From: Anaerovoracaceae bacterium
Lineage (GTDB): Bacteria; Bacillota; Clostridia; Peptostreptococcales; Anaerovoracaceae
DNA length: 64,000 nucleotides
Direction of reading: 5' to 3'
Assembly (NCBI GenBank): GCA_051893555.1
Contig: JBJFHL010000062.1
Span: forward strand, 34,250-98,249
Position 1 is the first letter of the stretch; each line of letters starts with the position of its first letter. The position numbers and the translations under genes were made by a program. The notes under the pieces were generated by a model. The model had not been told where the DNA came from, searched no databases, and was given only the letters and a program-made list of their open reading frames with translations. This document shows, in pieces, positions 38,442-47,700 of this stretch.

Positions 38442-39911
38442 TTATTCTTCGTTCACACCCTGATCCAGCCAGGTGACCAGAGCACCGGCAAATTTATGTT
38501 TGGTCTTTTCTGTGATACCACAGTAGAGAATGGTGAGATTTGCGTTTTTCTGGCGAAGGAAGGTGCATGGCGTCAGAACGGCGGTATCTTCTACTTTCAT
38601 GGAATTATCGCCGGTGAATTCCATGAAGGCTTCTTCAAAGGAATCCAGCAGTGCTTCTGTCGTGCCGGTCGGACGTCCTGTCAGTCCGTAAAATACCGGA
38701 TATTCGTTTTTTATTTTGTATTTTACATCGCAGAGCCCGCAGATGGTCTGATAGGATTCACAGATTTCATCCAGCAGGGTCTGATTGCTGCTCATGGCGG
38801 AAACCTGTATTTTCAGCTGCTTATTCTTACAGGATATTTTTCCGATATTGGTGATTGCCGTAATAACGCCTTCGTCATCCCGTTCGTAAACGCCGTCGAA
38901 AACCGTGTACATGAGACTGACCAGATTATCGGTATCACCGGTATCCAGAACGTGGGAAGGAAGATCCACTTCTTCATAGGTATATTCCATTTCCGGATAA
39001 TCCTCGTGGAACTTGTCATAAATCTTTTCAATGGAGTTTTCCATTTTTCGCTGAAATTTTTCGGAATCGCTGTCATTGATAACAACGGTCATAGAGGCAC
39101 TGGAAGGCGTAAAATTCGCCCCGCTTCCGCCGTAAAACGTCCCCAACTCGAAGAGCAGTGAAGTGGATTTGAAGTTTGCCAGCACATTTCCGAGCACTTT
39201 AATCGGATTCGGTACGGAATCCACGTTACCGTCCACCCGAAGGGAAGGACAGTTTTTCAGTGTGATTTTGTAGGCCTTGTTGTAGGATGGTTCCTGATAT
39301 TTCAGCTTATGGGTTATCTGAATCTGACGATATCCTCCGGTGACTGTAGATACTCTGGAGCCCACAGAATTTCCCAGACAAAATATGGATGTGTCATCCG
39401 AAAAGTGTCCGATGTCAAATCCCTGTGCACCAGTTTTTTCTCCATTTTCCTCTGCCAGGAAAACGACGCTCAGTTTTCCGTGATTGACTGCGTTTTTCGC
39501 TGCGCAGAGGGCAACGGCCATCTCTTCTACATGGTTTTCCATATGATCCGCGTCAAAGGAGCAGACAAGGGCGGCAGGCTGCACATTCTCTGCATTTTCG
39601 GATGCCTTGATAGTAAAAATCACGTTCCCTGCGTCATCCGTTGTTGCAGGTATTTCCTTGTTTCGCGCCCAGGAAAGCAGATAACCGGCCACATCCGCGT
39701 TGGTATCCATGGATCCCAGTGAGTCACGAAGATCCGTTTCATAGGCGGTCAGTTTTTCTTCCAGCACTTCTTCCAGGCTGGGTTCTGCTGCTTTTTCCTC
39801 ATGGAGAAAGAAGACCGCTCCAAAAGCACAGACGGCAATTGCTGCAATGACTGCAGCGCCGGTCAGCATTTTCTTTTTATGTTGTTTTATTCTGTTTTTC
39901 AGTTTGCTCAT
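38442..39911 (-). CDS. membrane-anchored PepD (M20C, aminoacyl-histidine dipeptidase)-like protein with degenerate metal-ligand motifs
   Basis: N-terminal TM (LTGAAVIAAIAVCAFGAVFFL). End-to-end collinearity with the PepD pattern (MAVALCAAKNAVNHGKLSVVFLAEENGEKTGAQGF, YKITLKN, GGSGANFTPSSA). Start ATG at 39911. Confidence 0.6.
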   Translation of the reverse strand: MSKLKNRIKQHKKKMLTGAAVIAAIAVCAFGAVFFLHEEKAAEPSLEEVLEEKLTAYETDLRDSLGSMDTNADVAGYLLSWARNKEIPATTDDAGNVIFTIKASENAENVQPAALVCSFDADHMENHVEEMAVALCAAKNAVNHGKLSVVFLAEENGEKTGAQGFDIGHFSDDTSIFCLGNSVGSRVSTVTGGYRQIQITHKLKYQEPSYNKAYKITLKNCPSLRVDGNVDSVPNPIKVLGNVLANFKSTSLLFELGTFYGGSGANFTPSSASMTVVINDSDSEKFQRKMENSIEKIYDKFHEDYPEMEYTYEEVDLPSHVLDTGDTDNLVSLMYTVFDGVYERDDEGVITAITNIGKISCKNKQLKIQVSAMSSNQTLLDEICESYQTICGLCDVKYKIKNEYPVFYGLTGRPTGTTEALLDSFEEAFMEFTGDNSMKVEDTAVLTPCTFLRQKNANLTILYCGITEKTKHKFAGALVTWLDQGVNEE

Positions 39912-40049
39912 TTCCGTTTCCCCTTGAATTTTCAGAAATATTTTTCGATCAAACTTCAAAAAAAGTCTTATATATGATAACATATAAAGATGAAAAAAAA
40001 CAGTGATTCACGAAAAAATCACAAAAACGTAAGAAAACGGAGGGAGAAT

Positions 40050-40616
40050 ATGGATAACGGGAATACAGTGAAAAAAACAGTAGAAACAGAGGAATCCAGA
40101 CTGTATCTGAGAGGAAGTACCTTTGATGACTGCAGATACTTCGCGCAGTGGGAAGTGCAGCCTGCTGTGACAGAGTTTTTCACCATAAATGAAGGACGGG
40201 ATTACGAGGAAGTCGTGCGGGAATTTTTGGAACGTGAGGGAGACGAAACACAGGTTCAGTTCACCGTATGCCTGAAGGAAGGGGATCATCCGGTGGGGAG
40301 GATCTATATCAGCCGTATCGATGATCACTACGATTCACTGGATATTACCAGAATTTATATCGCGGATCCGGCCATGCGGGGGAAAGGTCTGGGTGAGGAG
40401 GCGCTTCGGCTGGCTTTAAAGTATGCGTTTGAAGAAAGAAACTGTGAACGGGTCACATTGGATTACTTTACCGGAAATGATATCGCGTCAACTCTTTATC
40501 GGAAGGTGGGATTCCAGAATGAAGGGAACATGCGGCACGGCGGCAAAAAGAACGGAAAGTATGTAGACCTTCACCTGATGTCCATGCTCCGGGATGAATA
40601 TTTTGCACAGAAATAA
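40050..40616 (+). CDS. GNAT-family N-acetyltransferase (RimJ/RimL-like)
   Basis: Acetyl-CoA motif RGKGLGEEALRLALKYAFE. ATG at 40050 follows GGAGGGA. Confidence 0.8.
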   Translation: MDNGNTVKKTVETEESRLYLRGSTFDDCRYFAQWEVQPAVTEFFTINEGRDYEEVVREFLEREGDETQVQFTVCLKEGDHPVGRIYISRIDDHYDSLDITRIYIADPAMRGKGLGEEALRLALKYAFEERNCERVTLDYFTGNDIASTLYRKVGFQNEGNMRHGGKKNGKYVDLHLMSMLRDEYFAQK

Positions 40617-40642
40617 AAACGCGAAATGTAAATTATTCCTTA

Positions 40643-40697
40643 TTGACTTTTCATTGATGTGGTATATAATTTTTAGTGCATACACTATATGTAGTAT
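40643..40697 (+). promoter_or_regulatory. nrdDG promoter (TTGACT-16-TATAAT) with an NrdR-box-like element just downstream
   Basis: TTGACT at 40643-40648 and TATAAT at 40665-40670. ATACACTATATGTAGTAT at 40680-40697 resembles the NrdR box consensus acaCwAtATaTwGtgt. Confidence 0.5.
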
Positions 40698-40749
40698 GTT
40701 TTTAGAATGAAAGTTATCGACACATAATGAAAGAAAAGGAAGGTTTGAC

Positions 40750-43095
40750 ATGGACTGTATCAGACAGATTGTAAAAAGAGACGGCAGAACCGTACCATTT
40801 GACGTAAATAAGATCGCCGATGCCATTTTCAAGGCAGCACAGGTACTGGGAGGACGGGACAGAGAAATGTCCGTCTACCTGGCGAAACAGGTGGAGCTGT
40901 ATCTTCTTGAAGTCTGTCATAATACCATTCCTACGGTGGAGCAGATTCAGGATGCGGTAGAAAAGATTCTGATTGAAGCCGGACACGCACGGACTGCCAA
41001 GGAATATATCCTCTACCGTGCAGAAAGAACCCGCGTCAGAGACATGAATACCAAGCTGATGCGTATTTATGAGGATCTGACCTTCAAGGAAGCGAAAGAA
41101 AACGAAATTAAGCGTGAAAACGCCAATATCGATGGAAATACAGCCATGGGAACCATGCTGAAATACGGTTCAGAGGGTGCCAAGGAATTCTATAAGATGT
41201 ATGTCATCGATCCGAAGCATGTGAAGGCACATGAAGAAGGCGACATTCATATCCATGATATGGACTTCTATACCCTGACCATGACCTGCTGCCAGATCGA
41301 TCTGCTGAAGCTGCTGGAAGGCGGATTCAGTACAGGACATGGACACCTGCGAGAACCAAATGATATTGAAAGCTATGCAGCGCTGGCTTGCATCGCAATC
41401 CAGTCCAACCAGAATGACCAGCACGGCGGCCAGTCTGTGCCGAATTTTGATTACGGCATGGCACCAGGCGTGCGCAAAGCCTACAAGCGTCTGTACTGGA
41501 CCAATGTGGGCAAGATGCTTGACTTCCTTCACGGTACCGACGACGGCGTGGCGAAGATGAAGGCGCTGGGAAAGAAAATCCAGGACGAATATGGTGTGGA
41601 ACCGTGCATGGCCTGGGATAACAATTATAAAGAAATTGAGCTGGAAGAACTGAAAAAGATCGTAAGTGAAGAAGATGCAAAGCACCTGCAGGCGCAGGCG
41701 ACCAGATACGCAGATCAGGAAATTCGAAGAAAGACCTTCCAGGCGATGGAAGCTTTTATTCATAACCTGAACACCATGCATTCCAGAGCCGGTGCACAGG
41801 TTCCGTTCAGCTCCATTAACTACGGAACCGATACGTCTCCGGAAGGCAGACTGGTTATGGAATGCGTCATGCTTGCAACCGAAGCCGGACTGGGCAATGG
41901 AGAAACACCGATTTTCCCGATTCAGATTTTCAAGGTAAAGGAAGGCGTTAACTATAATCCGGAGGATCCGAACTACGACCTGTTCAAGCTGGCATGCAAG
42001 GTATCCGCCAAGCGCCTGTTCCCGAACTTCTCCTTCCTTGACGCACCGTTTAACAAGCAGTACCTCATCGAAGGACATCCGGAAACAGAATGTGCCTACA
42101 TGGGTTGCCGCACCCGCGTCATCGGCAATGTATATGATCCGACCAGAGAAATCGTATACGGAAGAGGCAATTTGTCCTTTACATCCATCAACCTGCCGCG
42201 GCTGGCCATCAAGGCCAAGGGCGACATCGACTTCTTCTTTGAAAGTCTGGACCGCATGATCGATATTGCCATCGATCAGCTGTATGACCGGTATAAGATT
42301 CAGGCACAGAAGAAAGTAAAGAACTTCCCATTCCTCATGGGCCAGGGTATCTGGATCGATTCCGATAAGCTGGGCCCGGAAGACACCATCGAGGAAGTGA
42401 TCAAGCATGGTACGCTGACCGTAGGCTTCATCGGACTGGCGGAATGCCTGAAGATGCTCACCGGCTATCACCACGGAGAATGCAAGGAATCCCAGTCTCT
42501 GGGTCTGGAAATCGTAGGATACATGAGAAAGCGCATGGACGAGCAGGCCAGAAAAACCGGCCTAAACTGGTCTCTGATCGCTACCCCTGCAGAAGGCCTG
42601 TCCGGACGATTCGTCCGTATCGACCGCGCCAAATACGGTGTGATTCCGGGTGTAACAGACCGGGAATACTACACCAACAGTTTCCACATCCCTGTATATT
42701 ACGAAATCAACGCCTTCGATAAGATTCGTCTGGAAGCGCCGTATCATGAGCTTACCAACGGCGGCCACATTTCCTACATCGAACTGGATGGCGACCCGCT
42801 GAAGAATCTGGAAGCCTTCGAGAAAGTGGTACGCTTCATGAAGGAAGAAGGTATCGGTTACGGTTCCATCAACCATCCGGTAGACCGTGACCCATGCTGT
42901 GGCTATACCGGAATCATCGATAACGAGTGTCCGATGTGTCACCGGAAGGAAGGCGAAGGAGATGTGGGATTCGAACGGATCCGCCGTATCACCGGATACC
43001 TGGTAGGAACCATGGATCACTGGAACACCGCCAAATCTGCGGAGGAAAGAGACCGGGTAAAGCATGCTGTGGATACGGGCCTGGAGACGCTGTAA
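40750..43095 (+). CDS. nrdD: anaerobic ribonucleoside-triphosphate reductase
   Basis: N-terminal ATP-cone. C-terminal zinc site CCGYTG..CPMCH and glycyl-radical motif RRITGYLV. Confidence 0.95.
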   Translation: MDCIRQIVKRDGRTVPFDVNKIADAIFKAAQVLGGRDREMSVYLAKQVELYLLEVCHNTIPTVEQIQDAVEKILIEAGHARTAKEYILYRAERTRVRDMNTKLMRIYEDLTFKEAKENEIKRENANIDGNTAMGTMLKYGSEGAKEFYKMYVIDPKHVKAHEEGDIHIHDMDFYTLTMTCCQIDLLKLLEGGFSTGHGHLREPNDIESYAALACIAIQSNQNDQHGGQSVPNFDYGMAPGVRKAYKRLYWTNVGKMLDFLHGTDDGVAKMKALGKKIQDEYGVEPCMAWDNNYKEIELEELKKIVSEEDAKHLQAQATRYADQEIRRKTFQAMEAFIHNLNTMHSRAGAQVPFSSINYGTDTSPEGRLVMECVMLATEAGLGNGETPIFPIQIFKVKEGVNYNPEDPNYDLFKLACKVSAKRLFPNFSFLDAPFNKQYLIEGHPETECAYMGCRTRVIGNVYDPTREIVYGRGNLSFTSINLPRLAIKAKGDIDFFFESLDRMIDIAIDQLYDRYKIQAQKKVKNFPFLMGQGIWIDSDKLGPEDTIEEVIKHGTLTVGFIGLAECLKMLTGYHHGECKESQSLGLEIVGYMRKRMDEQARKTGLNWSLIATPAEGLSGRFVRIDRAKYGVIPGVTDREYYTNSFHIPVYYEINAFDKIRLEAPYHELTNGGHISYIELDGDPLKNLEAFEKVVRFMKEEGIGYGSINHPVDRDPCCGYTGIIDNECPMCHRKEGEGDVGFERIRRITGYLVGTMDHWNTAKSAEERDRVKHAVDTGLETL

Positions 43096-43619
43096 TGGGT
43101 ATGGACAAAATCCGCATAGCCGGCGTGGTTCGGGAGTCCATCGTGGATGGTCCTGGCTTACGGTTTGTGGTCTTCTGCCAGGGCTGTCCCCACGGCTGCC
43201 CGGGATGCCATAATGAAGCGACCCACGATTTTTCCGGCGGTTACGATTGTGAGATTGAAAAAATTCTGGCGGCAATTGAGAAAGACCCGCTGCTGGACGG
43301 TGTGACATTTTCCGGCGGGGAACCTCTTTGTCAGCCCGCAGCATTCCATGCGCTGGCGCAGGAGATCAAGAGGCGATTTCCCCGTATGAATATTGTGACC
43401 TTTACCGGATTTACCTATGAAGAACTCCAGCCTTTGGCTGCACAGGACCCGGAGATTGCTGGTCTCCTGAATCTGACGGATCTGCTGATCGACGGTCGTT
43501 TCGTGGAAGCCGAAAAGGATTTGACCCTGCAGTTCCGGGGCAGCAGAAACCAGCGGATCATCGATATGAATGCGACCCGGGCTGCAGGACAGGTGGTACT
43601 TTCCGAAAAATACGCATAA
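43095..43619 (+). CDS. nrdG: anaerobic ribonucleotide reductase activating protein (radical SAM)
   Basis: Motif CQGCPHGCPGCHN. TAATG overlap with the nrdD stop. An ATG at 43101 is an alternative start. Confidence 0.9.
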   Translation: MGMDKIRIAGVVRESIVDGPGLRFVVFCQGCPHGCPGCHNEATHDFSGGYDCEIEKILAAIEKDPLLDGVTFSGGEPLCQPAAFHALAQEIKRRFPRMNIVTFTGFTYEELQPLAAQDPEIAGLLNLTDLLIDGRFVEAEKDLTLQFRGSRNQRIIDMNATRAAGQVVLSEKYA

Positions 43620-43780
43620 ACCTGCGAAATTTCATGAGAATTTCCGAGAAATTAAAAAAAGTGCTTGAAATATAGAATGATTTCGTGTATAATATCGATT
43701 GTTCGAGTGCTGAAAAGACGCGAACAGCCAATTTTTGAAACAATGCTATACGCTTGAATATATCAAAGGAGGTGCGGTAG

Positions 43781-43975
43781 ATGTCAAGAAAATGTGAAAT
43801 TTGTGGTAAGGGACAGGTATCCGGAAACGCTGTATCCCACTCTAACAGACACACCAGAAGAAAGTGGAATGCCAACATTCAGACTGTAAGAGTAGCAGAA
43901 GAAAACGGAACCGTTAGAAGAGCGAACGTATGCACGAGATGCATCCGGTCCAATAAAGTGAACCGTGCCATCTAA
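43781..43975 (+). CDS. rpmB: 50S ribosomal protein L28
   Basis: MSRKCEICGKGQVSGNAVSHSNRHTRRKWNANIQ is the typical L28 N-terminus. Confidence 0.93.
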   Translation: MSRKCEICGKGQVSGNAVSHSNRHTRRKWNANIQTVRVAEENGTVRRANVCTRCIRSNKVNRAI

Positions 43976-43991
43976 TTAAAAACGAACTAAA

Positions 43992-44025
43992 GACCCCGGC
44001 GCAGAAATGCGCACGGGGTTTTTTC
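43992..44025 (+). terminator. rpmB terminator
   Basis: ccccggcgc-loop-gcgcacgggg followed by TTTTTT. Confidence 0.75.
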
Positions 44026-44078
44026 TTTGTGACGATTATGACGTAACGATTATGACATTACGGCCGCAGGCGTACAGC

Positions 44079-44279
44079 CTACGGCCTTTTCATGAGGGTG
44101 AAACCACAGATCATCAGGAGCACACCAAGCAGGATAATCCACGCCTTAGGAGGGAGGAAAAAGGCACAGATGGTTACTGTACCGAAAACCAGCAGGACGA
44201 ATCCGATATCCTTCGTCTCCTTATTGAATTCAAAACATTTCCGTTTCCGGCAATCATTTTTCCGCCAGTCATTCCGCAT
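44079..44279 (-). CDS. small basic two-TM membrane protein (hypothetical)
   Basis: 66 aa. Basic N-terminus followed by two hydrophobic helices (IGFVLLVFGTVTICAFFL, WIILLGVLLMICGF). Coding status unverified. A 114-aa ORF overlaps it on the plus strand. Confidence 0.4.
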   Translation of the reverse strand: MRNDWRKNDCRKRKCFEFNKETKDIGFVLLVFGTVTICAFFLPPKAWIILLGVLLMICGFTLMKRP

Positions 44280-44378
44280 ATTTTCACCCCCTGTTATTCT
44301 ATGAAAAAGGTTAGTAAAGTGTTCGGAAATATGTTAAAATATTTACAGTGAAAAAAAAGTACGGAAAGGGGAACCGGG

Positions 44379-44780
44379 ATGGAACGAAAGAACGAAAAGG
44401 GAACCATTAAAATAAATGACCATATTTTTGCCAGAATTGTAGGAGACGCGATTTCACAAGCAGGCGGAAAAGCCTTCCCGGCATCGGAAAAAGGAAAAAT
44501 ACTGACCGGAATCGGCGGAAGCATGCCGGGCGTGGGGGAATTGGCGGATAATCTGGTGGTGCGTGAAGAAGCGGATGGAAGCGTTTATCTGGAGTGGTAT
44601 ATCATCATGTCCTTCGGCACCAGTATACACAGAGCAACCAAACTGATGCTGGACTATACGGAAAAGGAACTGAAGTCCATGTTTCCGGACCAGCCGGGCA
44701 GAGCGGTGGTGCGGATTGTCGGCGTGAAGTCCAGGCTAATCGCAGTCAGAAACCTTGAGGTGGAACGGAAATGGAACTGA
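44379..44780 (+). CDS. Asp23/Gls24-family envelope stress protein
   Basis: GTIKINDHIFARIVGDAISQ-type N-terminus. Conserved position next to rpmB and recG. Confidence 0.78.
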   Translation: MERKNEKGTIKINDHIFARIVGDAISQAGGKAFPASEKGKILTGIGGSMPGVGELADNLVVREEADGSVYLEWYIIMSFGTSIHRATKLMLDYTEKELKSMFPDQPGRAVVRIVGVKSRLIAVRNLEVERKWN

Positions 44781-46822
44781 ATCTGAAAGACAGTGTATCG
44801 AAGGTGAAAGGCGTCGGCCCGAAAAAGAAGGAAATGCTGGCACATCTTCATATTGAAAACGTGGAGGATCTATTGAGCTTTTTTCCGAGAAAATATGAAG
44901 ACCGATCCCATGTGTCAAGTATTATGGAGGCGCCCTTCGACCGGGATGTACTGATTTGCGGCAAGGTGGTTTCAAAGAAAGCCGCAGCAAGTGCATATAA
45001 CCGCAAAGTACCTCTCCGGATCCTGGTGGAAGACAATACTGGTTCGGTGGAACTGGTATTTTTCAATGCAAGGTATCTGCAGAACTATTTTCTGGTGGGG
45101 CAGGAGTATGCACTGTTTGGAAAGATCACACTGAACTATGGCAGGAGACAGATGGCCCATCCGGAATTCCACAAACTGGGTGATAAGGACGATGTACGGG
45201 GGATTCTCCCGGTTTATCCACTGACAGAAGGGATAACACAGAACCAGATGCGAAGCTGGCAGATGGCAGTAAAGGATGCGGCAGAGCAGGTGGAAGAGTG
45301 GCTGCCGAACCATGTGGTGATAGATAATCACCTATGCAGTCCGGCCTATGCCATCCGCAACATTCATTTTCCGACGGATACCCAAAAGGTAAAGGAAAGC
45401 CGTTTTCGTATGGTATTTGAAGAACTGCTGGTCCTGCAGACGGGCCTCTTTTATATTAAAAAAGGAAGAAGCAGTCAGGCGGAGGGCATATCCATCCCGA
45501 AAACCGTCTCCGTAGAACCTTTCCTGAAACAGCTGCCTTTTAACCTGACGCCCGGACAGAAAAAGGTCTGGGACGAAATTGAACAGGACCTTGCAGCACA
45601 TAAGCCTATGAACCGTCTGGTGCAGGGCGATGTAGGCTCCGGAAAAACCGCTGTTGCAGAGCTGGCCATGTATAAGGCCGTGAAAGGCGGCTATCAGGCA
45701 GTGATGATGGCGCCGACGGAACTACTGGCCAAACAGCATCTGTCATCTTTACGGCGGGATCTGGAGCCGCTGGGCCTTCATGTGGAGCTTCTCAGCAGCG
45801 GAACCCGCGGAAAGGAAAGAGCACGAATCCTGGAAGAACTGGAGCGGGGAAAGATCGATGTGCTGGTGGGAACCCATGCCATCATTCAGCCGGATGTCCG
45901 GTTCCGGAAGCTTGGTATCGTAATCACTGACGAACAGCATCGTTTCGGTGTCAATCAGCGTGCACTTCTGACGGAAAAAGGGCAGAATCCCAACGTGCTG
46001 GTCATGACGGCAACACCAATCCCAAGGACCTTGGCTGTAATTCTGTTCGGAGATCTGGATATTTCGGTCATCGACACCATGCCTACCGGAAGAAAGCCAA
46101 TCCGGACCTATCTTCGCTACAATGATGCCAGAAAAAAAGTCTACGACTTTCTGGCTTCCCAGGTGGCAGAGGGCCGTCAGTGCTATGTGGTGGCGCCGCT
46201 GATTGAAGAGTCGGAGAATCTGGACTGCCGTTCGGCAGAGGAATTATACGAAGAAATATCGAAAGGCTATCCGAAACTGCGGGTCGGGCTGGTGCACGGC
46301 GGTATGAAGCAGGAAGAGAAAGACGCGGTGATGGAGAAATTCGCAGACGGTGCAATTGATATTCTTGTGTCCACTGTAGTTATCGAAGTGGGCATTGATG
46401 TCGCCAATGCGACGGTCATGGTCATCGAAAACTGTGAAAGATTCGGACTGGCTCAGCTCCATCAGCTGCGTGGCAGAGTCGGCAGAAGTGACAAACAATC
46501 CCACTGTATTCTGATCTGCGGCAAGGAAACAGAAGTCGCAGCCAAACGAAACGAGATCATGGTAAACAGTACGGATGGCTTCACCATTGCGGAAGAGGAC
46601 CTGAAACTGCGGGGCCCCGGCGAGATTTTCGGCACCCGGCAGCATGGCCTGCCGGAACTGAACATCGCGGACCTGGTGAAGCATGTGGATATTCTGGATC
46701 AGGTAAAAGATGTGGCCAAGGATATTTTGGAAGAAGATCCGTACCTGCGGGATCCGGACAACCAGGTGCTTCGAGATAAAGTGAAAAAGATGTTCGGGGA
46801 AAACATCCAGCTGCAACTGTAG
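44771..46822 (+). CDS. recG: ATP-dependent DNA helicase RecG
   Basis: Wedge domain followed by GDVGSGKTAVA, DEQHRFG, TATPIPRT and QLRGRVGR. Confidence 0.93.
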   Translation: MELNLKDSVSKVKGVGPKKKEMLAHLHIENVEDLLSFFPRKYEDRSHVSSIMEAPFDRDVLICGKVVSKKAAASAYNRKVPLRILVEDNTGSVELVFFNARYLQNYFLVGQEYALFGKITLNYGRRQMAHPEFHKLGDKDDVRGILPVYPLTEGITQNQMRSWQMAVKDAAEQVEEWLPNHVVIDNHLCSPAYAIRNIHFPTDTQKVKESRFRMVFEELLVLQTGLFYIKKGRSSQAEGISIPKTVSVEPFLKQLPFNLTPGQKKVWDEIEQDLAAHKPMNRLVQGDVGSGKTAVAELAMYKAVKGGYQAVMMAPTELLAKQHLSSLRRDLEPLGLHVELLSSGTRGKERARILEELERGKIDVLVGTHAIIQPDVRFRKLGIVITDEQHRFGVNQRALLTEKGQNPNVLVMTATPIPRTLAVILFGDLDISVIDTMPTGRKPIRTYLRYNDARKKVYDFLASQVAEGRQCYVVAPLIEESENLDCRSAEELYEEISKGYPKLRVGLVHGGMKQEEKDAVMEKFADGAIDILVSTVVIEVGIDVANATVMVIENCERFGLAQLHQLRGRVGRSDKQSHCILICGKETEVAAKRNEIMVNSTDGFTIAEEDLKLRGPGEIFGTRQHGLPELNIADLVKHVDILDQVKDVAKDILEEDPYLRDPDNQVLRDKVKKMFGENIQLQL

Positions 46823-46857
46823 ATGGACGGAGGTCAAGATGGTTTACCGATGAAACA

Positions 46858-47544
46858 ATGGCAGGAAGCTTCGAAGGAAGTGCATATACCATCAGAATCA
46901 GCAAACCGGTACATCATGACTGGCAGATGGCAGTGTGTGACTTCATCTGCTTCCATGAAAGCAGAAAGATGAACTGCATCCTTGTTATGACCGAAGAGGA
47001 GATGAAGGAAGCAGGATGTTTCTATGAAGGTCACCGGTATGATGATACAATCTTGCGGCCCTGTGAACCGGATGTTCTGGTTCACAGCACGACACTGGAA
47101 AACTGGGAAAAGATTCGGTCAGATGGTTGCCTGAAAAGCTGGAACTGCCTGAAACGTGAGAGTAACATGCATGAAGACTCTCCCATTGGGGCAGTGCTGG
47201 GCGATCCGGAAGATTTTCGAAATTTTATCATGTTCGGCAGCGGAACGGCCTGCGAAATTGTGGTAAATTCAAAACAGTCCGGCAGAATCGTGATGGATGC
47301 ACAGGCAGAGTATCTGACCGGTGCTCGTCTGTATTTCGATGCGGTAAAGATGGCAGCAGATGGTCTTCTTCTGCGGGATGGAGCGCATTTGAAGGTGGAA
47401 AATATGCTTCCACTGAAGCCGTACCTGCTTTTTTCTGCTACCTGGGAAACGGTTGGACTGCCTTCGCGTATTTCTACACCAGAAATATTCGCAAGAGAAG
47501 CGGACCGGTGCTTTCTGCGTGACAGATGCAGTCGAATTGAGTGA
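46858..47544 (+). CDS. hypothetical protein (start uncertain)
   Basis: 228-aa ORF with no strong RBS at any candidate start. No family recognised with confidence (see findings). Confidence 0.45.
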   Translation: MAGSFEGSAYTIRISKPVHHDWQMAVCDFICFHESRKMNCILVMTEEEMKEAGCFYEGHRYDDTILRPCEPDVLVHSTTLENWEKIRSDGCLKSWNCLKRESNMHEDSPIGAVLGDPEDFRNFIMFGSGTACEIVVNSKQSGRIVMDAQAEYLTGARLYFDAVKMAADGLLLRDGAHLKVENMLPLKPYLLFSATWETVGLPSRISTPEIFAREADRCFLRDRCSRIE

Positions 47545-47638
47545 CAGATAAATTCCAGTTTTTAGAGATGGTAAACTTAATTATATGAACAGTGGAGCAA
47601 TTAGTGAAGAGCTTTCTTTGTAAAAATATAATTTTGTC

Positions 47639-47669
47639 TTGACCTTAACGTAACGTGAAGTCTTATAGT
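47639..47669 (+). promoter_or_regulatory. MerR-type promoter with a 19-nt spacer
   Basis: TTGACC (47639-47644), 19-nt spacer containing the imperfect dyad TTAACGTAACGTGAAG, then TATAGT (47664-47669). Lies directly upstream of a MerR-family gene. Confidence 0.55.
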
Positions 47670-47700
47670 ATTGACATCAAGAGACAGGAGGCATTTCATT

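Noticed and set aside
41170-42474. 434-aa ORF antisense to nrdD
   Set aside because: It lies entirely within the strongly supported nrdD reading frame on the other strand. No recognisable domains. Shadow ORF.
44007-44351. 114-aa plus-strand ORF overlapping the 66-aa minus-strand membrane ORF
   Set aside because: It starts inside the rpmB terminator, has no RBS and is compositionally odd. The minus-strand ORF at least encodes two clean TM helices. Neither is proven.
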